From assembly GCA_963719225.1 (NCBI GenBank), contig CAVRAY010000001.1:3648001-3712000 (forward strand): a stretch of DNA of 64,000 nt, read 5' to 3'. A program made the translations under genes and the position numbers. The notes beneath the pieces were generated by a model, which made no database searches, was not told where the DNA came from, and saw nothing but the letters and a program-made list of their open reading frames with translations. Shown in pieces: positions 54,524 through 64,000 of the stretch (positions are counted from its first letter, which is position 1; each line of letters opens with the position of its first letter). The DNA comes from Thermoanaerobaculia bacterium (GTDB lineage Bacteria; Acidobacteriota; Thermoanaerobaculia; UBA5066).

Positions 54524-56503
54524 TCAATAGTTGTTGAAGAAGTCGATCTTGTTGAGCAGCGCGAGCTGGAGGTCCTCGGCGACGGTCGTCCGGGTCTGAC
54601 CGGCTCCGAGGTTCGAGAACATCGTGAGGGCCGCCGTGAGCTCCGCCGACGTGGGGAGCCGGCTGAGCGACGAGAGGTAGAGCGAGGTCACGATCTCGGC
54701 GGGCGTAGCGTTCGCCGCAATGAGCTTGCTCACCGCCGAGCCGGATGCGGAGCTCCTCACCCGGCTCGTCACCGTGACGTCGTTCAGGAGCGAGAGCGCC
54801 TGGGAGATGGAGAACTCGTTCGACCGCGCCTCGCTGTCCCGGTCGCCCCTCATGAACGTATTGAGGAAGGCGGCCTGCTGACCGCGCGGCTCGTTCACGT
54901 CGGGGAGCTGGCCCGCCCACACGACCGGACTCGATCCGGTGACGCCCAGGCTGGCCGGGACACCCGTCGCCTTCGTGATCGCGTCGAAGATCTCCTCCGA
55001 CCGCAGACGGCGCGTGAAGTGCCGCGCGAAGTACGGCGCGTGCGCGTCGCTCCACGTGCCCGGATAGAAGGACGAAAGCTGGTACGCGCTCGATTTCGCC
55101 ATCAGGGAGAGGGCGTAACGGATGTCGTACCCGTGCGCGGCGAAGTCCTGCGCGAGCCTCACGAGGAGGTTGGGATGCGTGGGCTGGATCGTCCAGGTCC
55201 CCGGAGGCGGGTTTCCCGGGTCCTGGCGGAAAAGGTCGAAGTTGTCGGCGGGCTCCACGATGCCGAGCGTGAACATCTCCTTCCAGAGATAGTTCACGCC
55301 GGCCCGGGCGAACTGGGGGTCCGCCGTGACGATGCGGCCGACCGCCGCGCGATATCCCTCGCCCGGAAGCGGCGCGCCACCCTGCGGGTTCGTGGGCGTC
55401 TTGAGGTACGTCGGCGTGATGTTCGTGAGGCCGGCGGGGATGGTCGTGTAGTACGCCGCCGTCCGGTCCGTCTTGTTGCCCGTGGTCGTGTTCAGCCGGT
55501 AATCGGGCAGGCTCGGGTCGTCGATGACGGTGTAATAGTAGTCGGCGGCCTGCGTGCCGGTCCGCGGCATGCGGACTTTCGCGAAGAACGCGGCCAATCC
55601 CCAGAAATCCTGCCGCCTCACGGTGGACCCCCAGAGGTTGATCTGGTCGAGATGGCCCGTCCCGTTGTGGCACGACGTGCAGAAGACGGCCGTTTCGCCC
55701 AGAAGGGCCGTGCCGGTCGTCGCGGCCTGATTGTCGTAGGTGTCCTGCGCGGGTCCGTTGGTCTGGATGTTCCGGACGGAGAAGTTCGCCGGAGCGTTCG
55801 TCGTGTTGACACCCGCGCCGGAGAGGAGCTCGCGGGCCATCTGGTCGTATGGTTTGTGTGAGCGAACCGCGTCGACGAAATAGGCGTGGTACGCGTTGCG
55901 GCCCGTGAAGTAGAGCTGCCCGCTGTCGGCGTTCGACGTGTTCCGGAACAGCTCGTCATAGAAGAACGCCCAGCGGTCCACGAACGCGTCGGAAGCGAGG
56001 AGCGCGTCGACCATCCGGCTGCGCTTGTCCGCCGTCGGGTCGCTCAGGAAGAGCGTCACGGTGGCCGCGTCGGGAATGCGCCCCGTGAGATCGAGCGTGA
56101 CACGCCGGAGGAACTCCGCGTCCGACGCGAGCGGCGCGGGCGTGACATTCGCGGCGGCCATCGCGCCGAACACCTCGTCGTCGATGTAGTTCACCCGACG
56201 GATATGAAGAGCCACACCCGTCAGCGGGGCCGCCACCGCGCCGGACGCCGCATGAGACGCCGCGAATGCCTGTGTGATGCGGGACACGCCGGCGCGGCGT
56301 CCATGCCCGTCTGGATCGAAATGAGAGGGGACGAGGGCGCAATCGGCGATTGCGGCGATGCGTCCCGAGCCGGCCGCCAAGTCGCTCCGGCTCTGAATGT
56401 TAGAGGCGGACTCTCCCTGGTCGGCCGCCTTCAGACGTGGCCCGGCCGCCGGAAGGACCGTCAGGGCGGCCGCGGCAAGAATGTGAAATCGGGCGGACTG
56501 CAT
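54524..56503 (-). CDS. DUF1549/DUF1553 domain protein with a CxxCH motif
   Basis: NYIDDEV, DAEFLRRVTLDLTGRIP, CTSCH, GIVEPAD, PTHPNLL, RRLRSEEIFDAI. Confidence 0.88.
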   Translation of the reverse strand: MQSARFHILAAAALTVLPAAGPRLKAADQGESASNIQSRSDLAAGSGRIAAIADCALVPSHFDPDGHGRRAGVSRITQAFAASHAASGAVAAPLTGVALHIRRVNYIDDEVFGAMAAANVTPAPLASDAEFLRRVTLDLTGRIPDAATVTLFLSDPTADKRSRMVDALLASDAFVDRWAFFYDELFRNTSNADSGQLYFTGRNAYHAYFVDAVRSHKPYDQMARELLSGAGVNTTNAPANFSVRNIQTNGPAQDTYDNQAATTGTALLGETAVFCTSCHNGTGHLDQINLWGSTVRRQDFWGLAAFFAKVRMPRTGTQAADYYYTVIDDPSLPDYRLNTTTGNKTDRTAAYYTTIPAGLTNITPTYLKTPTNPQGGAPLPGEGYRAAVGRIVTADPQFARAGVNYLWKEMFTLGIVEPADNFDLFRQDPGNPPPGTWTIQPTHPNLLVRLAQDFAAHGYDIRYALSLMAKSSAYQLSSFYPGTWSDAHAPYFARHFTRRLRSEEIFDAITKATGVPASLGVTGSSPVVWAGQLPDVNEPRGQQAAFLNTFMRGDRDSEARSNEFSISQALSLLNDVTVTSRVRSSASGSAVSKLIAANATPAEIVTSLYLSSLSRLPTSAELTAALTMFSNLGAGQTRTTVAEDLQLALLNKIDFFNNY

Positions 56504-56623
56504 CGTCGGAGCCTCCCCGGTTGAGAATCGGACGCAGTCGGCGGGAAGAAGATTACCCAGGACACGCGAAGCGGCTCTCGAAGTTGTACCCTACGCATCT
56601 AACCGCCTTTCCGGCGCGAACGC

Positions 56624-58135
56624 ATGAATCTGGAACGCCTCCGCCAACGCTTCTTCGAGGGACTGACGCGCTACCGATGGCAGGAAACCGTCGGTCGCGG
56701 CGGCATGGGAATCGTCTTCAAGGCGCAGGATCTGGATCTCGACGACGTCGTCGCCATCAAGGTCCTGTCTCCCGACTGGGAGACGGACGACCAGCAGCTC
56801 CTCCTCCGGTTCAAGCGCGAGATCAATCTCAACCGGAAGATCAAGCACCCGAACGTGGCGCGCATCCACGACTTCGGAATGAGCAACGACTTTCCCTACA
56901 TCACGATGGAATACGTTCCGGGCAAGGACCTGAGGACGATCATCCAGCTCGAGGGGAAGCTGCCTCAGGCACGCGCGATCTCGATCCTCCGGCAGATCGC
57001 CCTCGGGACGGAGGCGGCGCACAAGCTCGGCATCATCCATCGCGACCTCAAGTCGCAGAACGTCATGGTCGAGGACAACGGCGCCGTCGCGATCCTCGAC
57101 TTCGGGCTCGCGCGCGGAAAGACGACCGAGCAGCTCACGCTCGACAGCGTGATGGTGGGGACCCCCCACTACATGTCGCCCGAGCAGGCGCTCGGACGGC
57201 CGACGGACGCGCGCAGCGACGTCTACTCCATCGGCGTGATGGCGTACGAGATCCTCACGGGCAAGGTCCCTTACGACGGCGAGTCGCCGCTCGTGATCGC
57301 GATGAAGCACGTCTCGGAGCCGCCGCCGGACGACCTGCGCAAGGCGACCTACGTCGCGCCCGAGCTCATCGCCATCACCTACCGGGCCCTCGCGAAGGAG
57401 CCCTCGTCTCGATTCGCCTCGGCCGCCGATCTCGAAGCCGAGCTCGCGATGCTTCGCCCTTACGAGTCCGGCACCGTTTCGGTCGTGTCGGCGCCGCACC
57501 CGGCCATCCCGGCGGTCTCTTTCCCGAGCGCTCCGGGAATGTCGATCGAGTCGTCCGCGGCCCGCGGAGGGCCACCCGAGATCGGGGCGATGCCGACGCC
57601 CGCGGCGCCGGCGTCCGGCCTACCGGCCACCTCGGGCGCGACCCCCGTCGAAGCGAAGAACCGCCCGCCCGTCATCCTCCTCGTCGAGGGCGACGCCAAG
57701 GAGCGCAAGCGTCTCGCCGACGTGCTCGGCCGTCATGGATGCCGCACGTTGGAGGCCAAGGACGGGCCCGAGGCTCTCGAGCGGCTGCTCAAGGACACCG
57801 TCGATCTCGTCCTCATGGACATCGCGCTTCCGGGGATGGACGGCTTCGACGTCACGCGCGTGATCAAGGCGCAGGCCGCGACGATCGCGCTGCCCGTCGT
57901 CCTGACCACGGCGCGACTCGATCGAAGCCACTTCGCGTTCGCGATCCAGACGGGAGCGACCGACGTCATCGCCAAGCCGCTGCAGTCCGAGGCCGTCGTC
58001 GGGCGGCTCTGGCACATCCTCACGCACCACGGCTTCCAGCCGCCCGCGGGGAACGAGCCCGTCCTCGCCGCGATGAAGAAGACGCTTCCTTCCGCGATGA
58101 CGCCGCCTTCGGGTCCCGGCAAGAGCAGCCGCTGA
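56624..58135 (+). CDS. Hanks-type Ser/Thr kinase fused to a C-terminal receiver domain
   Basis: GRGGMG, VAIK, HRDLKSQN, DFGLA, GTPHYMSPEQ; REC ILLVEGD..LVLMDIALPGMDG..TT..KP. Confidence 0.9.
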   Translation: MNLERLRQRFFEGLTRYRWQETVGRGGMGIVFKAQDLDLDDVVAIKVLSPDWETDDQQLLLRFKREINLNRKIKHPNVARIHDFGMSNDFPYITMEYVPGKDLRTIIQLEGKLPQARAISILRQIALGTEAAHKLGIIHRDLKSQNVMVEDNGAVAILDFGLARGKTTEQLTLDSVMVGTPHYMSPEQALGRPTDARSDVYSIGVMAYEILTGKVPYDGESPLVIAMKHVSEPPPDDLRKATYVAPELIAITYRALAKEPSSRFASAADLEAELAMLRPYESGTVSVVSAPHPAIPAVSFPSAPGMSIESSAARGGPPEIGAMPTPAAPASGLPATSGATPVEAKNRPPVILLVEGDAKERKRLADVLGRHGCRTLEAKDGPEALERLLKDTVDLVLMDIALPGMDGFDVTRVIKAQAATIALPVVLTTARLDRSHFAFAIQTGATDVIAKPLQSEAVVGRLWHILTHHGFQPPAGNEPVLAAMKKTLPSAMTPPSGPGKSSR

Positions 58136-58144
58136 CGGGCGCGC

Positions 58145-58825
58145 CTAGAAGAGCGGCTTGAGGTCGGCGAGCCGGGTCACGAAGACCACCGGCTCGGGCG
58201 CTCCGTGGCCGTGGCGGTCGAAGAAGATCGGGAACCACCCCGCCTCCTTCGCGCCCACGACGTCGGTTGCGAAAGAGTCCCCCACGTAAACGCGCCGCCC
58301 CGCCTGGCCGCCGGCGGCTTGCCAGGCGGCGTCGAAAATTGCGCGGGACGGCTTCATGGCGCCGACGTCCTCGGACAGGATCACGTGCTGCACCCAGCGG
58401 TCGAGGCCGAAGCGCGCGATCTTGGCTCGCTGTGTCTGGCGGAAGCCGTTCGAGAGGATGCCCACGATGCCAAGCTCCGCGGCGTGTTGGAGAACGTCCT
58501 CCGCGCCCTCGATCAGCCGCCAGTGGCGGTTGTAGGCATCGATGTAGAAGGAGCTCACGGACGCGCCTCCCTCGACGTCGAGGCCGAGGTCGGCGAGCGG
58601 CAGCGCGAAGCGCCGCGTCGCGAGCGTCGGCCTGTCGATCTCGCCCTTCCCGTATTCGTGCCAGAGACGCAGGTTGTTCCGGCGATACGCGGCGAGCCAG
58701 TCGTCGAAGGCGATGCCCGAAAAGAGCGATGCGTGCGACGCATGCGTTTCGCGATGCGCGTCCTCCTCGGCGGCGTGGTGGTCGACGAGCGTGTCGTCCA
58801 GGTCGAAGAAGAAGAGAGGCTTCAC
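58145..58825 (-). CDS. HAD hydrolase (YjjG-like nucleotidase)
   Basis: FFDLDDTL, LSNGF, KP..IF, YVGDS..TDV.GA. Confidence 0.88.
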   Translation of the reverse strand: MKPLFFFDLDDTLVDHHAAEEDAHRETHASHASLFSGIAFDDWLAAYRRNNLRLWHEYGKGEIDRPTLATRRFALPLADLGLDVEGGASVSSFYIDAYNRHWRLIEGAEDVLQHAAELGIVGILSNGFRQTQRAKIARFGLDRWVQHVILSEDVGAMKPSRAIFDAAWQAAGGQAGRRVYVGDSFATDVVGAKEAGWFPIFFDRHGHGAPEPVVFVTRLADLKPLF

Positions 58826-58850
58826 TCAGACACCACACTGCGACCTTGCT

Positions 58851-60362
58851 TCACGGCTGGACGCCGGGCAGGTGGAAGGGGCCATACGTCGCGAGCAGGA
58901 AAACCGCCGCGCTGAGGAGCGCGGTCAGGTACGTGACGCGGTCCCGCGTCGCGAAGAGCACGGGATCCTCGTCCATCTCTCCCCGGTTGACGAGAACCCA
59001 GATCCGGCTGATCCAGTAGAGGAAGACCGGGACGAGGAGCCAGAGCCATGCCGGGCTCGCGTAGAAGCGCCTCACGGTATCGCTCTGGAGGTAGAGGGCG
59101 AGGACGATGGCGGCCAGGTAGCCGCTCGTGATGCCGCTCGTCTGCACGACGAGGTGATCCCACGTGAAATACGCGCGTCCGTGGGCCTCGATCGCCTCGG
59201 ATCGCTTCAGCCGGACGAGCTCGGAGGCTCTCTTGCAGAACGCGAGGCTCAGGAACGTGAAGACCGAGAACGCGAGGAACCACGGCGAGAGGAGGAGCCC
59301 CGTGGCGGCGCCGCCGAGCAGGACGCGCAGGGTGTAAAGGAACGACAACGTGAAAACGTCGAGGAGAACCAACCTCTTCAAAGACACGGAGTAGGCCGTC
59401 GTCACGACGAGGTAGACGCCGATGAGCTTCGCCGCGTCGGGCGGAAGGCGCAGCGAGATCGCGAAACCCGCCGCAATCAGGACCAGCGACAGGACGAAGG
59501 CGTACGGGATCGGCAGGCTGCCGGTCGCGATCGGCCGGCCGTGCTTTCTCGGGTGCTTGCGGTCGGAATCGAGGTCCAGAAGGTCGTTGATCAGGTAGAT
59601 GCCCGACGCGCAGAGCGAGATCGCGAAGAACGCCAGGGCCCCTGCCATGAGGACGGTCGTGTCCTGGGCCTTGTGAGCAGTGATGATCGGGATGAAGACG
59701 AGCAGATTCTTCACCCACTGGCGCATCCGGATCGCTTCGACGACCGTCGCCACGGTCAGCGGAGCCGACGGGAAAGACTCGGCCAGGTTTCCATCCCGCC
59801 GCAAGCCGCTTTCGATGCCGGAAGAAGCGTTCACGGCGATGGCGCGCCGCGCCTTCTTCCAGACGGGAAGATCGGCCGGCCCGTTCCCCGCGTAGTCGAA
59901 TCCCCGATCGCCGAAACGCTCCACGAGCGCCCGAGCCTTCGTCTCCCCCTCGAGGTTCGTCGTCCCATCGCTCCCCATCACCTCGTCGAAGAGCTCGAGG
60001 TGCGCGGCCACCTGCTCGGCCCACCGGACGTCGGAAGCGGTGACGAGGACGAGACGCCGTCCACGGCTCTTCTCGGTGCGCAGGAATTCGACGAGGCGCT
60101 CGTTGTAAGGCAGAGAGGAAGCCTCGAGGACGACGCGTCGGGCGACTTCCCTCTTGAAGCCCGCCCTCCCTCGCGAGAGCCAGAAAGGCGCCTGGACGAG
60201 AGGGACGAAGCCTCCTTTCGAAAGGCGCGCGAGACCCTCGTAAAGGAGATCGCTCCGGATCAGGGTCCCGTCGAGGTCGACACAGAGGGGAATGCCGGCG
60301 CTCGAGGAGTCCTCGGGCTCCTGGCCTTCCTCCGTTCCGGTTGCATCCGAACGAAACCCCAA
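58851..60362 (-). CDS. UbiA-family prenyltransferase with N-terminal HAD-like domain
   Basis: CVDLDGTL, YAGN..DL; RQWVKNLLVF, YLINDLLDL.SDR.HP.K; DPVLFA. Confidence 0.9.
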   Translation of the reverse strand: MGFRSDATGTEEGQEPEDSSSAGIPLCVDLDGTLIRSDLLYEGLARLSKGGFVPLVQAPFWLSRGRAGFKREVARRVVLEASSLPYNERLVEFLRTEKSRGRRLVLVTASDVRWAEQVAAHLELFDEVMGSDGTTNLEGETKARALVERFGDRGFDYAGNGPADLPVWKKARRAIAVNASSGIESGLRRDGNLAESFPSAPLTVATVVEAIRMRQWVKNLLVFIPIITAHKAQDTTVLMAGALAFFAISLCASGIYLINDLLDLDSDRKHPRKHGRPIATGSLPIPYAFVLSLVLIAAGFAISLRLPPDAAKLIGVYLVVTTAYSVSLKRLVLLDVFTLSFLYTLRVLLGGAATGLLLSPWFLAFSVFTFLSLAFCKRASELVRLKRSEAIEAHGRAYFTWDHLVVQTSGITSGYLAAIVLALYLQSDTVRRFYASPAWLWLLVPVFLYWISRIWVLVNRGEMDEDPVLFATRDRVTYLTALLSAAVFLLATYGPFHLPGVQP

Positions 60363-60420
60363 GCGGAGATTCTAAGCCGATGCTCACGCGGCACCCGCCG
60401 GCGGCGCTAGACTTCGCCCT

Positions 60421-62951
60421 CTGGCGATCGCGGCGGGATCACGTCTAGGGCCCTATGAGGTGCTTTCTGCCCTCGGCGCGGGCGGGATGGGAGAGGTGTA
60501 TCGCGCAAAGGACACGCGGCTCGGACGAACGGTCGCCTTGAAGGTACTGCCGGAGGATTTCCTGGAAGATGAAGATAGGAGACAGCGGTTCGAGAAAGAG
60601 GCGCGCCTCCTTGCGACCCTCAATCATCCCGGAATCGCCGCCATCTATTCATTCGAAGAAATCCCCGATTCTTCGGGCTCCCCCGGCTCTCCAGCCTCCT
60701 CGGCCCGCCACGTCATCGTGATGGAGCTTGTCGAGGGCGAGACTCTGCGCCACGCATTTCCGCCGGAACCGCTTCCCACGAAGAAGCTTCTCGAGATCGG
60801 GGCGCAGATCGCCGACGGGCTCGCGAAGGCGCACGCGGCCGGAATCGTCCACCGCGACCTGAAGCCCGAGAACGTCATGGTGTCCCGCGAGGGCTGGGTG
60901 AAGATCCTCGACTTCGGTCTCGCGAAGGCGGTCGAGAAGCCGTCGGACAATCTCTCGGTTGCCGCGACGGCGTCCGGAACGGTCCCGGGCATGGTCATGG
61001 GCACGGTCGGATACATGTCCCCGGAGCAGGCGAGCGGCAAGCCGGCGGACTTCCGGTCGGACCAGTTCTCTCTCGGAACGATGCTCTACGAGCTCGCGAC
61101 GGGACGGCGCGCCTTTCAGCGTGACAGCGCGGCGGAGACACTCGTGGCCGTCATCCGGGAAGAACCCGAGCCGCTCGCGAAGCTGAACGCGCGTCTTCCG
61201 GCGCCGCTTCGCTGGATCGTGGAGCGCTGTCTCGCGAAAGACGCGGACGGCCGCTATGCCTCCACGCGTGACCTCGCGCGGGACCTCGCCACGCTCCGCG
61301 ACCGGCTGTCGGAGACCGTCTCCGGCGAGATCGCCGCGGCCGATACGGTCGAGGCGCCGGCAGGCGAGCTTCCCACGTTTCAGCGACTCAGCTTCCGGCG
61401 GGGAACGATTCTCTCCGCGCGCTTCGCCCCGGATGGGCGCACGGTGATCTACGGCGCGGCGTGGGAAGGCGAGCCCTGCCGGCTTTTCTCGACGCGCCCC
61501 GAGAGCCCCGAGTCGAGCCCGCTCATGCTGCCGGACGCCGAGATCCTGGCGATCTCGCGCACGGGCCAGCTCGCGATTTCCCTCGAGCGCCACTGGGCGG
61601 GCCGGTTCATCTGGAGCGGCACTCTGGCGCAGGTTCCGCTTTCTGGCGGGGCCCCGCGCGAGCTTCTCGAAAACGTGCACTGGGCGGATTGGGGACCCGA
61701 AGGCACGCATCTCGCCGTCGTGCGCTCCGTAGCGGGCAAGACGCGGCTCGAATATCCGATCGGCAAGGTGCTTTACGAGACCGGCGGCTGGGTCAGCCAT
61801 CCGCGTGTCTCGCCGAAGGGCGACCTCGTCGCGTTCCTCGACCACCCGACCCTCGGCGACGACGAGGGCTCCGTCGTCGTGGTGGACCGCGCCGGCAAAA
61901 GCACGGTGCTCTCGAAAGACTGGATCACCGCGTACGGACTCGTGTGGTCGGGCGACGGAAAGGAGATCTCGTTCACGGCGACGCGTGTCGGCGTCGCGCG
62001 ATCGATCTGGTCAGTCACTCTCGAGGGAAAGGAGCGGCTCCTCGTCCGCACGCCCGGCGAGCTGACGATCCAGGATGCGTCCGCCGACGGCCGCATCCTC
62101 CTGACGAGCGACAACGGGAAGGTCGGGATCATCGGGCGTCCGCCCGGCACGGACCGCGACCGGGATCTCTCCCTCCTCGATTGGTCGCTCGTGCGCGACA
62201 TCTCACCGGACGGGAAGCTGATTCTTTTCGACGAGAGCGGGGAAGGCGGCGGCGCGCGCCACGCGGTCTACGTGCGCCGCACGGACGGCACGCCCGCCGT
62301 GCACCTCGGCGAAGGCTGGGCCGGGAACTTCTCGCCGGACGGCCGGTGGGTTGCGTCGCAGAGCATGGCGCCCGAGGGCCGGCGGATCACGCTCCTGCCG
62401 ACGAAAGCCGGCGAGCCCCGGGAGCTTCCGAAGGACGAGCTGCGCGTCCACCGGGCGTGGTGGCTCCCGGACGGCAAGCGAATTCTCGTGGCGGCGAACG
62501 CGCCCGGCGAGGGCCTTCGCGTCTTCGTGCAGGGCCTCGAGCGCGAGCCTCCCGGCCGATCACACCCGAGGGCATCGGGATGGGCTTCTTTCCCGTTTCT
62601 CCGGACGCGAGCGCCGTCGCAGCGCAGGGTCCGGACGGGCTCTTCTACGGATTTCCGATCGAGGGCGGAGATCCCGAATTCGTTCCCGGCCTCGTCGCGG
62701 AGGACCGCCCCATCCGGTTCTCACCCGACGGCAAGTCTCTCTTCGCCTACCGCCGCGGCGAGCTACCCGCCCACGTCATCCGCCTCGACCTCGGAACGGG
62801 CGAGAAGCATCCCTCCCAGGAGCTGATGCCGCCCGACGCCGCCGGCGTCGTGGAGATCGTTTCGGTCGTGCTCACGCCGGACGTCTCGTCGTACGCCTAC
62901 AGCTACCACCGAATCCTGTCGGACCTATTCCTCGTCGACGGGCTGAAATGA
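60421..62951 (+). pseudogene. Ser/Thr kinase-TolB/WD40 propeller fusion, frameshifted near 62552 (real or sequencing error)
   Basis: LAIAAGSRLGPYEV..GAGGMGEVY, HRDLKPEN, DFGLAK; xSPDG propeller repeats; the C-terminal RPITPEG..SDLFLVDGLK continues in another frame. Confidence 0.8.
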
Positions 62952-62968
62952 GCCGGTCGGCCTGACGG

Positions 62969-64000
62969 TCAGGCAGCCGCCGCCTTGACGGGGACGACCT
63001 CGCCGAGCGCGGAGACGAACACCTGCGTCTGCGGCCGCGTTCCGACGCTGACCCGCAGCCAGTTCGGGAGCGACGGGAACTTCCGCCCGACCAGGATTCT
63101 CTTCGACCGGAACGCCTCGATGACGGGCGCCACGTCTCCGCCGACGTCGATCATGACGAAGTTCGTCTCGGATGGCATCGTGCGACGACCCTGCTTCGCG
63201 AGCTCGGCGACGAGCCACCGGCGCGTGTCGTTCAGGGCCTTCCTCTGGCGGGGCACGAGCTGCGGATCGGCGAGGCATTCGAGGGCCGCGGCGAGAACTG
63301 CCGAGTTCGTGTTGCTCCACGAGGCGAAGGGTTCCATCGTCTTGATCTTCGGCGCGGCGCCGACCGCGTATCCGAGGCGCAGCCCGGCCATCCCGTAGAT
63401 CTTCGAAAACGTGCGAGCCACGACGACGTTCGGGTGCGCCGCGATCAGCTCGCACGAGCTTCTGTAGCGCGGGTCTTCCACGAAGTGGTGGTAGGCCTCG
63501 TCGACGAGGATCGTCGTGGCCGCCGGCACACGCGCCACGAAGGCTGCCATCTCGTCGCCCGAGACGAGCGTCCCGGTCGGGTTGTTCGGGTTGCACACGT
63601 AGACGAGACCGGTCGACGCGTCGCAGGTCTCGGCCATCCGCGGCAGGTCGTGCCGGAAGTCGGCCGTGAGGGGAACCTTGACGCCGTCCGCGTGGAGCAC
63701 CTTCGCGAACATGAGGACCGCCTCGAAGGTCGGCTCGGCCGCGATGACCCGCCGGCCCGGGCCGGTGAAGGCCATGTCCGCCATGCGGAGGATCTCGGAG
63801 GAGCCGCAGCCGAGGACGACGTTGTCCGTCGCAACTCCGTGGTGTTTCGCGATCGCCGCGCGGACCTCGTCCTCGAGCCCGTCGGGATACCGGTTCGGGG
63901 CGGCCTTCGCCGCGGCTTCGAGCGCTTTCGAGGACGGCCCATACGGGTTTTCGTTGGAGTTCAGGAGAACGGCGTCCAGAGGACGCGGCCGACGCGAGGT
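62969..64000 (-). CDS. hisC: Histidinol-phosphate aminotransferase-like PLP enzyme (5' end beyond window)
   Basis: LNSNENPYG, NRYPD, CNPNNPTG, VDEAY, RTFSKIYGMAGLRLGY, PSETNF. Confidence 0.8.
   Translation of the reverse strand, partial: TSRRPRPLDAVLLNSNENPYGPSSKALEAAAKAAPNRYPDGLEDEVRAAIAKHHGVATDNVVLGCGSSEILRMADMAFTGPGRRVIAAEPTFEAVLMFAKVLHADGVKVPLTADFRHDLPRMAETCDASTGLVYVCNPNNPTGTLVSGDEMAAFVARVPAATTILVDEAYHHFVEDPRYRSSCELIAAHPNVVVARTFSKIYGMAGLRLGYAVGAAPKIKTMEPFASWSNTNSAVLAAALECLADPQLVPRQRKALNDTRRWLVAELAKQGRRTMPSETNFVMIDVGGDVAPVIEAFRSKRILVGRKFPSLPNWLRVSVGTRPQTQVFVSALGEVVPVKAAAA

Overview
High-GC bacterial DNA. The gene repertoire suggests Acidobacteriota, possibly Thermoanaerobaculia (inference from the ADOP-type duplicated permease, the Ser/Thr kinase-TolB-propeller fusion and the DUF1501/DUF1800/DUF1549 modules). 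The left part (1 to ~17.3 kb) is the right end of a genomic-island array integrated in the anticodon loop of tRNA-Ala(CGC). It carries a sigma54-controlled ABC efflux module, a defence-like cassette (HNH nuclease + SIR2 protein; divergent hypothetical + HEPN-motif protein; VapBC45-like TA pair) and a tyrosine integrase. A second, integrase-less 2250-bp element follows, bounded by two identical tRNA-Ala 3' fragments. This mini-element encodes a basic repeat mini-protein and an XRE repressor, contains two diverged inverted copies of a hairpin-rich non-coding unit, and shares a promoter/operator with the neighbouring integrase. The rest looks like backbone: a YtrA-type ABC operon with a deleted permease, sodC, tamA/tamB, a BNR-MoaD pair, a two-component/desaturase cluster, two DUF1501 modules, a sigma54-driven Csu-type chaperone-usher pilus, GDP-fucose synthase, a LigD-type ligase, two Ser/Thr kinases (one frameshifted), UbiA-HAD and a hisC-like aminotransferase. 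Many genes appear leaderless. All family calls come from motif recognition by eye; no database searches were run.
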